The notes under the pieces were generated by a model, which made no database searches, had not been told where the DNA came from, and saw only the letters and a list, made by a program, of their open reading frames with translations. Positions 14,528 through 28,446 of a stretch of 64,000 nt of DNA are shown one piece after another. Numbering within the stretch: position 1 is the stretch's first letter; every line of letters begins with the position of its first letter. The stretch is taken from the NCBI RefSeq assembly GCF_009914755.1, contig NC_060934.1, one strand, 5' to 3'. The stretch is from the human T2T-CHM13v2.0 reference genome, Homo sapiens. A program made the translations under genes and the position numbers.

Positions 14528-15977
14528 CTGGTCCACCACCTCCCTGTCTGGAGAAGCTGGAACAGCCAGCTGCATGAGCATGTGACCCGTGTACTCACAG
14601 GCCCTGTGCCCTGAGCTCGCTGTTTTAATTTTATCTTTGAATTTGTATTTTTGTGAATAAGTCCCTATGAGCTAATGGAGCATGCTCAGGGAACTTGGGG
14701 CTTTAGCTTAGGCTGGATTCCTCCTGCTGCCTCCCCAGTCCCTGGTCCCCTGAGAACTCCAGCCCCATCTGACCTTCCCTTCCCTGTCTCTATGCAGGGG
14801 TCATTGCTACCCTCTATCCCTGGAAAGGATGTAGGCACAGGGCAGTTCTAGGTTCCAGCTTGGGCACCGCTTAACATCTTGGTGGTGCAGGGATCAGGCT
14901 GATGATACCGTGGTTGTTCTGTGGGCTACTGGGCAGGGTCAAGCCACTCCCACCCTGATCCAGGTACCTAATGCACCCGACACAGAAGCGGCAGTGTCCT
15001 TGGGGTCATCCATTATCCATGTGTTGGAGGAGTGGGACCCTAGGGAAGATGCTTGGCTCGACTTCCCCACCCCTAGCCAGGGCACAATCTGAGGTCCAGG
15101 GGCTGGTGGGCACAATGCCAAGTCGTGAGGCCTCCAGTGTCTGCGCTCACTGTCCCATAAATAACCACAGTAATAACTAGCAAATCAAAAACATTGTGAT
15201 AGGTCGAGAGAGACAGCATGTGGAAGAAAGGAAAAAGCTTTCTATTTTAGTACCTTTAACAGTGCTTTCTGTATGCTTTATGAACAAGGAGCCTGCATTT
15301 TTATTTTGCACTGGGCTCTGCTAATTTTGTAGCTGGTCCTGCCCCCTAGTAGCTCAAGTCAGCAAATCTTTGGTTCATCTGAGTCCACAGTCCACTGACC
15401 CGCCCTTTTTCACAGTTCCTCCCCTGCCCATGTGCTCACTTCCCTCCTTACCCAGCTTGGCGCACTCCCTCAAGCAAGTCTTTGGATGCTGACATCCCCC
15501 GTAAACAACCCTTCTGCGGCCTGGTTTGATTTTCCTTAGGAGACATGCAAGTTCTATAGCACTGTTTCTTGCTGGGTATGGAGGATGTGCTATTTTGTCC
15601 ATTGCATATTTTTTAAAGAAAATGAAAGGTTAGCATAACTGTTTCCAGAAGGCACATTGAATCACTCAGTTGAGTCCCAGCCAGTTGCTGCAATGTTAGC
15701 CTTTGAAGCAAACTTGAACCAACACAGGACCAGCCTAGAAGTCCCAGCCTCCAGAAATGATGCAGTGGATTCTGCAGATTCAGCAACAACAATATTTTTG
15801 TAACTCAAGAGCACTTAGTAATTTTCAAAGGAGAGAAAGAAGTAATTGACTTGGCTTATTAGGTTGAAAAAGAGTTGCCAACTTTTTCTTTGGTTTTGAT
15901 GTTATTGGTTTTTTTTTATTTTTCTTTTCTCCAAGCTTCAGGGAATGAGATTGAATGAGCACTCAAGTGCTACTAGG

Positions 15978-16075
15978 CAGAACCCTGAATGGAAGGAAGC
16001 TGAAATACCGATGGGTCATTGCTTTTCACAGTCCTCTATGAAAGATTACTGGCCAAGCCAGCATCTGGAGAATTC
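15978..16075 (+). repeat. Local direct duplication, copy 2 (likely donor)
   Basis: cagaaccctgaatggaag...catctggagaattc. Confidence 0.95.
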
Positions 16076-17599
16076 TAGGAATGCCCCCTCCTCTTGCAGC
16101 AGTATAAGTTTGCGGGGATCATCTGACCCCATTGGGGAGTTGTATGAAAAAGGGGATTTATTAGGGACCCTGTTGCCTGTTTGGATCTTACTTACATTTA
16201 ACTATTGTCTGCTAATGGATTTTTTGGAAAGCAACCAGGTTTTCCGTAAAGAATAGCTAATTGTCAGAGCTGAGATGACCATTGGAGATCACTGGGCTCA
16301 ACTCCCTAATTTTAGAGGTGCTAAAACCGCAATCCAGAGAAGCTAATCAAGTGGTTCAAGGTTGTAGACTGAGTTCATATAGGACCAAGACCCAGCCCAG
16401 ATGTCCTACTGTCTGGGACAGTGTTCTCTCAGCATACGTGGAGCCTGAGGGGGTAATGTGTGTGCGTGTGTGTGCATGTATGCATATACACATAGGTGTT
16501 TTGCCTAAGTTTTCACTTCTGCCCCACCTTGGTTGATCTTGGAGAATGAGCCTGAGGCGCGCTGTCAACCTGGGGGCCTCATTCAGCACAGGCCCAACTT
16601 TTCTGCCCTGGGGGAGTTCCAGCAGTTATGGTTCATCTGTGGTTCAGTTATGGAACTCACACCACACATAGTGCCCCCAAAACCGAGGCTGCGTGCACAG
16701 ACCTCCCCTCCCTTCCCGTGGTGGGCCCCTGCTTGGGTTCTTCCTAAACTTCCCCTTTGCCCTGCTCTGTGTTATACCCTCTCTGGTCCCCTGTCCCTGT
16801 GGAGTGATCCGGGGCACAAGGGCAGCTGTTTCCCCGCTGACCTCTGTGTGCCCTGAACATCTGGGAGGTGGGGAGCAGGCTGGTGAGAAGAACACCTGGA
16901 GTGGAGGTTGGGGTCAGGGAGGGTCCCAGTCCCGGTACCACCCCCACCTGCTGTGGGACCTGCAGTCCCCTCATCAGCAGAACGGCTATGAAGCCATCCT
17001 GCCCATCCACAGGGTGGTGGGTCGTGAAGGCTGCATACCTGGCAGAGCGGGAGAAGCTCTGGGAAGATGCTGGACACGCGCCGTGGGAGTGATTTCCCTG
17101 CCTTGCCCAGATTCTGCTCCCATCACCTGAACCTGCCTGTCACCACCATGGAACTGCTGTGACCATTGCTTTCCTTTTAAGCAGATTAGCAGACATCTCC
17201 TGCTCCACCCCGCCAAACAAACAAACAAACAAGCAAACAAACAAACAAAAATGTGCATGAGGGAGTATGGACTTGTAGAGTCTTTTCTAAACATTGTTAG
17301 GTGCTTGTATTGGGATCCTCTCTTAAAATGAACCATATTCCCCAGGCTTTGGATGACACTCATGGTTGCCCACCCTCCAACTTCCTTCCCTGCTGGCAGA
17401 GCCCTGGGTTTGTTTTAGTTCCAACCCTGACCCCACCGCATTCCTGACTCAGGCAAATTCGCAGGGTCCAATGCAGTCAGGGGAGCCACGTTCCCTCCTC
17501 CAACGAGTGCTGAGGTCGCTGCTTGATTGGATACTGCCGATGACCTACGAGGAGGAGGGTGCCAGGGCGCTTTTGGGACTTTGCTTTTCTGGAGAGATG

Positions 17600-17876
17600 C
17601 TTCCACAGCATGGTCATGGACACAGTCACGTCTTGATGTGATGTCTGGAATGGTGGTGGCCGTCTTGTGGCTGTGAGAATAGGCTGAGGTTGATTGGATG
17701 GAGGGAAGGAAGGAGCCTTGTTCTTGATGCTGTCTGTGAGCCTTCGAGTTATCAGCCTGGTACCACCCAGCCCTTGGACAGATATCTACTCTACATACTC
17801 CATTTGGAGTTTTTTTTTTTTTTTTTTTTTTTGTCACTTGCAGTTGAAAACACCCTAATTGATACACACAAACTAT
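17600..17876 (+). mobile_element. Old MLT1-family (MaLR) LTR fragment
   Basis: tgtgatgtctggaatggtggtggccgtcttgtgg...gtcacttgcagttgaaaacaccctaattgataca. Confidence 0.6.
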
Positions 17877-20800
17877 TTTTAGTGCTGGTCTGTGTTTGGC
17901 CCTTATGGAAGACTCTGGGCTGAGCTGCCCATGGTGAGGGAGGTGGACTTTGTGTTTTCTTACTGCTCTGTGTCCTGGTGGCTTGTTTGTGTCTCTGCCC
18001 ATGAGACAAAAGCCGAGAGGGCAAGGGCAGATTTTCTTAATCATATGTTCCCTGCACCAAGCTCATAGGAGACACTCACTGAATGGTTGTTGAGAGAGTT
18101 CTCTTTCACGGAGGCAATGTTTTGTGAAACGATGCTGCTTGTTGTTGTCTGTTGGTTGTAATATGCATGAACACTAAGAGCCATCTTTAATCATGCTGTG
18201 GGCCGCCTCTTCCAAGGTGTTAGCATTACTCCCACTACCTGGTCAGCATCCTGCCTATGGCTAGGACTTTGCAATTTACATAGATATGGTGGGGAGACCT
18301 GGAGCCCATGGCCAGGACTCTGACACCCTCACTGGATCTGTTTCTACATCTACCTGGATGGCCGTCTAGGACATTAGAGGATTTGTGTCTTCCTAAAGTC
18401 CCTCTGTTGAGAGACTTCTGGCTCTGTTAAGAGGACACTATTTAGCATTGTGAGTCCCTGCAGGCTGGGGGCCAGTGGGCGTTTTTCTTCTAGATGCCCC
18501 CTCTCTTCTTCTGGCCTCCCAGGCTTCCTGCTCCTGAGATTGTGAGAACTGGCCTGTGCTGGGCTCACTGCAGAAAGACTGTCGTCCCCAAAGGTTTTGC
18601 ACCAAACTTGAGCTACAAGATCTTTTAGGGGGACCTGAGATCTCCGCCTGGGCTCTATGAGAGCAGGCATGGGTTGTTTTTGCCCCGTCACTGCAGTCAT
18701 GCCCACACTTGCATTTTCTTTTCCCCCCAGCAGTGTGAGGGTCTGGCATGAGGAGTGGGACTCGCATGCCCTCTTTCTTCTCCTCTTCCCTCTGGCCTTT
18801 TCATCCGTCAGTGGGGGACAGATGTTTGCCCTGTTTACTTCTAGGCTTACTGTGGGGCTCCAGGGAGATGGTGAAGTGGCCAAGGAGAGGAGCTGCCACC
18901 TTCAAGACGGCCTGTGGCCGGTGCCGCTTTAAAGGGAGACTCAGAGGTGCTTTGCTGTGGGTGGCGCGGGAACCAGCCTGGGGACAGCAGTGCAGAGGCC
19001 TTGGACTCAGAGTGCGTGGGCCCCGCGGGGCTTCACGGCGCCTGTGGCTGTGCACTTCCAGCCATATCTGTGCTGCATCTCTTCCACATTCCCCCATGGA
19101 GCTGATGTCTAGACAGCTATGGAATTAAATGCTCAATTACCGAGTAGGAATTTGGCCAGCAGAGGTATAGCTGCTGAGTAGACAGACTCGAGGTGAGGCT
19201 CACGGCTGAGAACAGGCCCCATCTGGCTTTGGAATGAGCTGAGGTGCCCGATGCTCCTGCAGCCAGTGGCTCCTGTGGGGAGCTGGGGCCGTGACCCCCA
19301 AAAGGCAGCTTGACCTCATGGACCACCATAAATCTGGCCTGGTCAACATCTCTGCCAGACATCATTCCCTTGCAAAGATTTCTGCCTGTGATTGGAATTC
19401 TGGATGAACATGTACTGGGCGTGTGGGTCTGACAGCTGGGAAGCTTGTTCTCTTGTTTAGCCAGGCTGCCCATCATCTGTAAGCCTCAGTATCCACATCT
19501 TTAAAATGGGGGGAAAATATAGCTCAACTCCTAATGGTGCCATGAGAATACTTTGTCACCTGCCAGGCAAAAGCTTATTCCTTTCACAGAAATCCAGGGT
19601 TTACAATGTGAGACCCCTCCCCACTCCGCCGCATGTGTCTGCTTGCTTTTTTCTGTCTTAGGGTTGCCCTTCATGAGCTAGGAAATGTCTGAGTGGATGA
19701 AAACCTAAACGAGATGATCACTGGTGGTGCCCATTGGTGCAGCCTTTGCCTAAATGGCTACTTACGTAGCCACATTTCCTCGTCTGTGTTCAGGTGAGGA
19801 CTGGTTCCTGGGCAGACTGCCTGGGTTTGCATCACGGGTGTCCATCTTGTCGAAGCTCATGTGGTCACCCAAGTGTGACTGAGCCAGGCTTGCCCACGGG
19901 GTGCTCTGGGCCCCATTTTCGGCAGCAGGCAGCGTCCCCTGGAGGCCTGGCCCTCCCCGGGAGCATGGGGAGTAGCGCCTATGGGCAAGCAGCCTGCAGC
20001 CTCCATCCCTGCCCGGGGGCTCCCCCGCCCCAGCCTCACAGCTTCTCCAAAAGTGTTTGTCTCCTTGCCGCATCCTCTAGGCCTGAGCTCAGACGGTGGA
20101 AAAGAAGAGCTGGAAGGAGAGTTGCCTTTCAGTCTCTCTGCCTTCTGAGGTCTCCTGAGACATAGAGCCTGGGCCTGCCTCCCTTTCTAGGAGGCGCCGA
20201 GGGGTGGTAAGAATAGGGGATGAGTGAGATGTGAATTAGGATCCCCACAGCAAGCCCTGCCTCGTAACTTTCTGATGGGTTTTCAATGTGTGGTGAAGCA
20301 GATGCCTGCTGGGCCCCCTTCCTGAGTTGAGTTTGACCTCCTGCCTCCTGTCTGTCTCCTTGGGCAGCCAGGCCACCCCGCTCCATTAACCTGTGCCACC
20401 CCATCCCTTTACCTGTCGCAAGCCCAGCCCTGAAGGCCTCAAAGGCCTGGTCTTCCAGCCAGTCCAGGGCCTGAAGGGATGGCAGTGTCCCTGGTGGACC
20501 TCCCCTGGTGTGGCCTAGTGCACATCCCAGCCCTGCCTCCTGCCCCGCCTGCACGCCATGAGTGCTGAAGTCATGCCTGGCAGGGGCTGCTGGCCCAGGC
20601 CCAGAGTAAACACACTGCGCTGAGCTCGCTGGTGTGCTGCTGGATGCTGATGAGCTTGAGGAGTGTGGGAAGTGAGCATGGGGCTGAGTAGAGATGCTGC
20701 AGGCCTGCACCTCCCCGCAGCTGCCCTGCATGCTCCAGCCTCAGGCAGCCACACAGGGAAAGGGTCACCCACTGTCAGGGCAGACCTTTACCATGGCTGG

Positions 20801-22513
20801 GTGACACGGGCTGGCTGTGGAAAGGTGTTTGGTGGTTCCCGCTGTTGGATTTGCACAGGCCCAGATGCTCACAGCAAAACCAACACCTAGATGGTGCTTA
20901 CAGGAGCCAGCGGGTATTCAAAGAGCTGTTCAGATCTTAAGTTGCTTCATTCTCACAGTGGACCATTGAGGTAGCTGTACGTTAGTCCCATTTTCCAGAT
21001 GAGAAAACTGAGGACCTGAGTGGTCATAAGCTCAGGCCCTCATCTAAATCACGCAGCCTGGCCCCAGGTGTGTGCTCTTGACCATGGACAGTGCTCTCCT
21101 GGTCCTCTTGGTATCTGTGATCTGAGGGACCTTCCTCCTCCTCAGTCTCGTATAGTCAGTTTTAGGTCTTGGACTCTGTCTTCATATCCCTTTCTCCCTC
21201 CGTGAGCTTTCTCACCCAGCACCTTCCTTATTTGGTGTGTGTTGGGGGATATTTGTGGTGTGGCGTGGCACTGTGTAGTGGATGAGAGAGTCTGTTTTTC
21301 CGATCCCAGTCCCAGGTTTCAAACCCTGCTCTGTCTCGAGTCACCCAGACTCTTGGAGCCTCAGTTTCCTCATCTGTTAAATGGGCATGGTGGTCACCCC
21401 ACCTCATCAGCTAGTGTCTGCTCCATCCCTGGTGGAGGAGATGACTCAAGTAACCCCTGGGTTCCACCTGCCCCACCCCACTGGTCCCCTGGCTCTTTCT
21501 TTGTTGAGATAGACGAATGTGAGGCTCTGGAGTTGCAGTTCCCACGAGGGCTGGGGTGGCTGTCTGATTTCTGGGCCTGGTCCATGTTGTTCAGGGCAGC
21601 TGCTCGTTCTAAGTGAATAAAGGCTGAAGGAACTCGGGAGGTCTGCTCGGCTCCGAGGAAGGCAGAGAGGGAAAGGGCCCCGATGCCTTCCCTGATAGAG
21701 CTAGGGAGGCCCTTCTGTGGTTCCCCCCAGCTCCTTGGCCTGGGTGACCCTGGAGCTGGCTTCTGTTCCATTTTGTTGTGCAGAGTTGTTTGAGACTCCT
21801 GGCTTTGCCTGGCCTTTGTGGGACGCTGGAGATCAGGGCTTCTGGAGTTGGCCAATTAGCCTGCCCAGACCAGGAAGCACAGGTGGCTGACAGAGGGCCG
21901 TTTCAGGAGAGGAGAGACAGCCTACCTATTCGGTCTTGCTGTCTTGGGTCCTGGAGGCCTTGCTGTCCCCATGCTCCATCCCTGCCCCTGACCAGTGTGG
22001 CCCTGTACTCAGCATAGGCGTGCACCTGAGTCAGTACAGTTCCCTGCCCGCAGAGCACCCCAAATATTCCAGGCCTCAGGACGGATGTGCACATGATGAG
22101 TCGGGGCAGGTTTCACTGCCTGTAGCTTGGGATCCTTCCCTGGGGCTTGGTTCTCTAGGGCCATCCCCAGCAGTCTCACCCCAAACCCTAAATTCATGTT
22201 GTCTTCCTCTGTCTCTTGGCCTCAAGGTTTCAGAGTGAGTCTGTGCTGATAGCTTCAAGATGTGATGAGACCCCGACTTGGCCTCCAGTTACCTCCCCAC
22301 GGTTTCCTTGGTGTGTGTGTGGCTTCAGTGTTCACTGGCTCCCGCACGGCTTGCAATGTGTGGATTACGGGTGGGAGGGAAATCCAGTCCTGCCCGCAGC
22401 AAAGGGATGTTAGTTGTGAGCTCAGTTCCCCACCGGGCCTGGTGTTTCCAAATAGCCCGTCACTGTCCCTGCTTGGTTTTCCATGATATCTGTGCCTTTA
22501 CCTATTTGGTTAA

Positions 22514-22813
<300 letters not shown>

Positions 22814-23231
22814 TAGGTCTTAGCCCCTGACTTTGTTGTAGTCTGTGTGAAGGGATGGAACTAGACCAAGCCATGTGGATTCTAGTGCCAGCAGCATGGC
22901 AGGGGTCACATGGCGGGGACGGTGACACCGGAGCAGGTGGACAGCCAGCCTCCTCCCAGGAGGAAGAAGTTGTATTGGGTGCTTTAGGGTGATTGCAGTT
23001 GGCTTCTGGGCTTCAGAGAGAAAATCTCCCTGTTTACGGCACCTCTAAAACTTTCTGAAAATTGTTAAGGTCATTTTTTTCCGGCAAAATATTAGGTTAA
23101 TGGGAATGAATCTCAGAGAAGAATCGTGCCCCCCACTCTAGGCACCGTGCTCAGGAAACGACCAGGCAGGGACATAGATTGAACCATGTTATGACACGAT
23201 TTGTAACCTTTTCATTTCTGTTTAATTGCAG

Positions 23232-23264
23232 TATGGAAACTCGGGAGGCCCGTTAGTAAACCTG
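23232..23264 (+). CDS. HTRA1: HTRA1 exon 5 (33 bp), catalytic Ser328 (TCG 23241-23243)
   Basis: ttgcag|TAT GGA AAC TCG GGA GGC CCG TTA GTA AAC CTG|gtaagg = YGNSGGPLVNL (HtrA GNSGGPL motif). Confidence 0.98.
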
Positions 23265-23810
23265 GTAAGGTCTTTTAAACCTATGTTAGGTCATTTGTTT
23301 TTATCTATGTATACGCTGTTTTTTGTTTGTTTGTTTGTTGTTTGTTTGTTTTTGAGGCAGGGGGTCTTTTCAAACATAAGGTTGCCAAAGTGTATTATAA
23401 ATTCCTTTAAAATGGCTCTGTAAATGTACTGCATGCTTGCAAATGACCCTACGGATCTTTTCTGGAAAGAGTAAGGCAGGCCGGAGGTGAGGGTTGGAAA
23501 TGTTATGCCAGAGAACACACTTGTGTCTCAGAGTTACAGGTAAACACCGTGAAATTCAGGGCCAATGCAGGAGTAAGGTGAAGGTCACCAAAAATGCTGG
23601 CCAGTCACCGAAAGCACCTCCTCCAAATTAAATCTCCTGGGCTGCTGAAGGAGCTGGCTGGGCTCATACACATTTTCTCTTGGCCAGGAATCCTCCCTTA
23701 AGGCCTGGCTGGAATGAGGAGGAGTTACCCACCCACAAAGATATCACTTAAGTCTTCCCTTAAATACTTGAGCAGAAAAAGTGAAGCCTTAGAACACAGA
23801 CCAGCAGAGC

Positions 23811-23888
23811 TAGAGGGCAGCTCTGGGGCCATTTATAGAGGGCAGCTCTGGGGCCATTTATAGAGGGCAGCTCTGGGGCCATTTATAG
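23811..23888. repeat. Perfect 25-bp tandem repeat x3
   Basis: Unit TAGAGGGCAGCTCTGGGGCCATTTA at 23811, 23836 and 23861. Confidence 0.97.
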
Positions 23889-24286
23889 GGGCTGTCTTTA
23901 GCAAGGCCCAGTGTGATGGCACCTCCTAGATGGTGCCTTGGCATCAGGTACTGACATCTCAGCACTCCTGGGAAGTGTGCACTTGGCAGCTTTCTCTTCC
24001 CAGCAGAGGGGCAGCTGTGCTCCCAGCTCTGTCCTCTGCCTCCCCGCGCAGCACTTGGGGATGGAGTGGAGATGGCTTTGCTGGTAATGAAGCATGACAG
24101 CCCTAAGCTCTAGGGTTGTTTCCCCCTGAAGTCAGCAGAGTCATCTTAAGATCATTAGACATGGGAGAAGCAGGAAGGTGTGGGCAGCCACCTAAAGGAG
24201 TTTGAGCCTTTGGAAACGTATTCCTTGTGAAACAGGAGCAAATCATATCGTGCATTTTGAAACTATCTGTGCTTACCGTGAGGTGA

Positions 24287-24676
<390 letters not shown>

Positions 24677-25957
24677 TGAAGCTCAGCTGCCCTTTGGGAC
24701 TTGGGGAAGGGAAAAGCGGCAGCCCCTAGGACTAGCCAAGCCGTCTGTGATCCAGAAGTGAACGGGAATGCACATTACTAAATCCCTCGCAGAAGGTCAC
24801 AGACATTTCACCATTTTTGTCCTCTGATCATGGCAATGTCACTTGAGTCAGTCTAATATGTACCAGGCATGATCCTAGGTGACTTCTGTACATTATTTCA
24901 CTTTCTTTATGTATGTCACTTAATTCTTTTGCCCTATCAGTTAGGAATTACTAGTCCCATTTTGCTGATGAGAAAACGGTTCAGGGAGATCATTCTGCAA
25001 ACGTTTATTGCCCCATCTGCTCTAAGTCAAGCAGGGAGCTTGGCAGTGGACAGCTCAACTGGGGCCTGGGGCTCAACAGGGGCCTTTGCCGGTGTGACTT
25101 TTATGTTCTGTTGGGGGATGGGAAGGCTGACAGTAAATAATCAAACACATAAGATACTATTAGTGCTCCCAAGAAAACGGATCAGGGTGGCCGTCAAGGG
25201 AGCGACTGGAGGGGCAGCTGGTGGAGATGGTGTGGCCAGGAAATGCCTTCCAAGCTGAGGTCTGAGTGAGGAGGAACCAGCGGGCAGGGATGTGGGGGGA
25301 ACACTCCAGAAGGAAAGACAGAGGACTCAGCATAGTTGAGTGAGCACAAGGCCCCTGAAGTGGCCTGAGGGCCGGAGCACAGTGACAGCATGGAGTTCCC
25401 CGGGGTGGAAAGAGGCCAAGGCCGGGCGAGCAGGCTCACAGCAGGCCGTGGTGAGGGACCTGGGTTGCATCCTAACGACATTTAAGAACAGGGAAGTTTA
25501 TGATCTGATTGATGTCACTGAAAGGACACTCTGATGGCTGCGGGGAGTCTGCTGGAGGGGTTGCTGGAAGTTGGGGACCGGTTAAGGGGCTCTCCCAGCC
25601 ATCTGGATGAGACATGCTGGGGTCTCAGACAAGGGTGGTGGCAGTGGAGGTGGGACAGAGGGGTCACATTCCAGATATATATGGGGGGTAGAGCAAGCTT
25701 GGGGAAGGGCCAGCTGTCAGGATGAGGCCATGAGGAATTAAGGGTCATGCCCAGGTACCTGACCATTAATTGAAACAATGGGACTTTCCCAAGGTCCCCC
25801 AGAGGGGAGGGGTCCAGACCAGGATTTGAGCCGCAACCTCAGTGTACCCTTCTGTGGCCCTTCCTGCAACCTGGGGGATTGGGCCCCCGGCCCCTGGTGT
25901 CCCCAGCACCCCCACCAACTGGGCTGACCTTCTGCTGTCCCTTTGTTGTCTCACCAG

Positions 25958-26015
25958 GAAAAGCCATCACCAAGAAGAAGTATATTGGTATCCGAATGAT
26001 GTCACTCACGTCCAG
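25958..26015 (+). CDS. HTRA1: HTRA1 exon 7 (58 bp), start of PDZ domain
   Basis: caccag|GA AAA GCC...TCC AG|gtgggt; (G)KAITKKKYIGIRMMSLTS(S). Confidence 0.97.
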
Positions 26016-27069
26016 GTGGGTAAACAGGATGCGTGTCTGTGTCTTAAATTTTAATAAACCTGAACTTCAGAAGGTGCTCACGGGCACCCCTGAAAGAGAA
26101 ACCTTATGCTGCCTTAAGACGTCTCAGTTTCTGCTTATAATGAAGTAGCATCGGGAAAGAGGACAGGTCATTAGCCTTGGCCCCTTTGTTTGGTTTTAAC
26201 CTGTGTTTTTGCATTCTGAGCTGGTTTTCTTCACTGGCAGCAGGCCCTCCGGTGTAGAAGGTTCTGCCCTCCTCTTTGAAGGCAGGCCTGAACAGTGTGT
26301 GCGTGGTGGGGCTGTTGATTCACTCTGGCTCACGTCTTCCTTACCCCACATTCTGTTGAAACCCACATTCCAGGAGGGCCCCAAGCCCCTCCCGCAGCTC
26401 TAGGCACTCTGCTTTCGTTGCTCTGCAGCTCGTGGGCCGCGGCTCCAGGAATGCCAGGGCAGGTCCAGCGCAGGGAAGTGAATGACTGATGTGCTTGTTT
26501 TCCCCGAGCTGGTGGAATTGCGGCCTGTGGTTGGCAGGCTCATGGCATCCTGGTGTTCTAAACTGGATGAAAAATTCTGGTGTAATCTCATGAGTCCTGG
26601 TAGTAGACTCACCTGGCATGGCTAAAACTGTCAGAGGTAAAGTAGGTAAAGACTAGAATATAGTAACAGATAGATTAATGTGTTCATTACTATGATGAAT
26701 TAATGATTCACTCACTGTGAAAGTATTAATATATTTTGATACATGTTATGAATGGTGGTCCCTTTCTTAGCACTCCAGAAGATGGAGCCATTTGTCAAGG
26801 TTAAAGTGTCCCCTCAGTTGTTTGCCTTTGGAACTACGAGGTGTAGGGAAAGATGGTAAGCCCTTGGTGCCCAGCTTCCTGGGTTCCTGTCCCTGCTCTG
26901 ATATGTCCTGCCTTGTGACCTTGGGAACGATATGACCCCTGAGTGCCTCAGTTTCCTCCTCTTCAGGATAGGGATGACAGCGCAGGTGCTTCTGATGTGT
27001 GGCCAGGCTCAGATCAGGGAGTGGTGGCAGGGGTCACCAGCCACAGTGATGCCAGCCACTATGTATCAC

Positions 27070-27260
27070 ACGTACTGGGCCAGGTGCCTTACTGGGATGA
27101 TCTCATCTGATCCTCACAACTCATGTTGTAGGGTACTGTTATTATCCCCATTTTGCAGGTGAGGAAATGAAGGCACAGAGAAGTTAAGCAACTGTCCGAG
27201 GTCACACAGCTAGCAAATGGCCGAGCTAGGGCTGCAAACCAGGCCAACCACTGTACTTTA
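27070..27260 (-). mobile_element. MIR
   Basis: attatccccattttgcaggtgaggaaatgaaggcacagagaagttaagcaactgtccgaggtcacacagctag. Confidence 0.8.
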
Positions 27261-27287
27261 CTGACTCCTTAGTAATAGCTACTATTA

Positions 27288-27915
<628 letters not shown>

Positions 27916-28446
27916 TGAGTTAGAGTCGTTTTCTCTTTTCCCAATATTCTTGTTGTTCCTGTGGGGGTAGCAGGAAGAGGGAGCGCTGTTCCTTTTCTAC
28001 TGGCTCAGATGATTATGTTGATCCTTGACAGACGTGGTCGGACGTTGCTTGTCATTCCTGCTGGCCAGGCCTTCCGACCTGGCTCGGCTCGGGACTCATC
28101 CATAGGAGGGTGCCTTCTGTCTTCAAAAGTCCTTGCTCCACGAGGACCCTCCAGATGGACAGAGCAATAGCAGACTCGTAATGAGTCTCTGAGATGGCCC
28201 GGCTGGCCAGAGAGAGGGTTTCAGGAACAGTGTCCCCAAGCCCTCACTTGGTGGTCCTTTTCTAGGCTTCAGGACCCTTCTCTTCCTGGAGTCTTCCAGA
28301 ATGTCTCTGACAATTAGGCCCATACCTGTCAACACCTCCAGAAAAATAACCCAAGTGATATCAAAGTAACATGACAAGAAGTAGCTCAACCATCCATCAG
28401 GGTTTGTTACCTGTATTGGCGGAATATCCAGAGAAAAGTGCGAGAC

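Noticed and set aside
17415-18044. 209-aa minus-strand ORF
   Set aside because: Runs through an MLT1 fragment and a poly(T) tract read as poly-Lys; no coding signature.
20129-20731. 200-aa minus-strand ORF (also 8679-9209 and 10332-10892)
   Set aside because: GC-rich intronic DNA with few stop codons by chance; no homology or exon structure that I can recognise.
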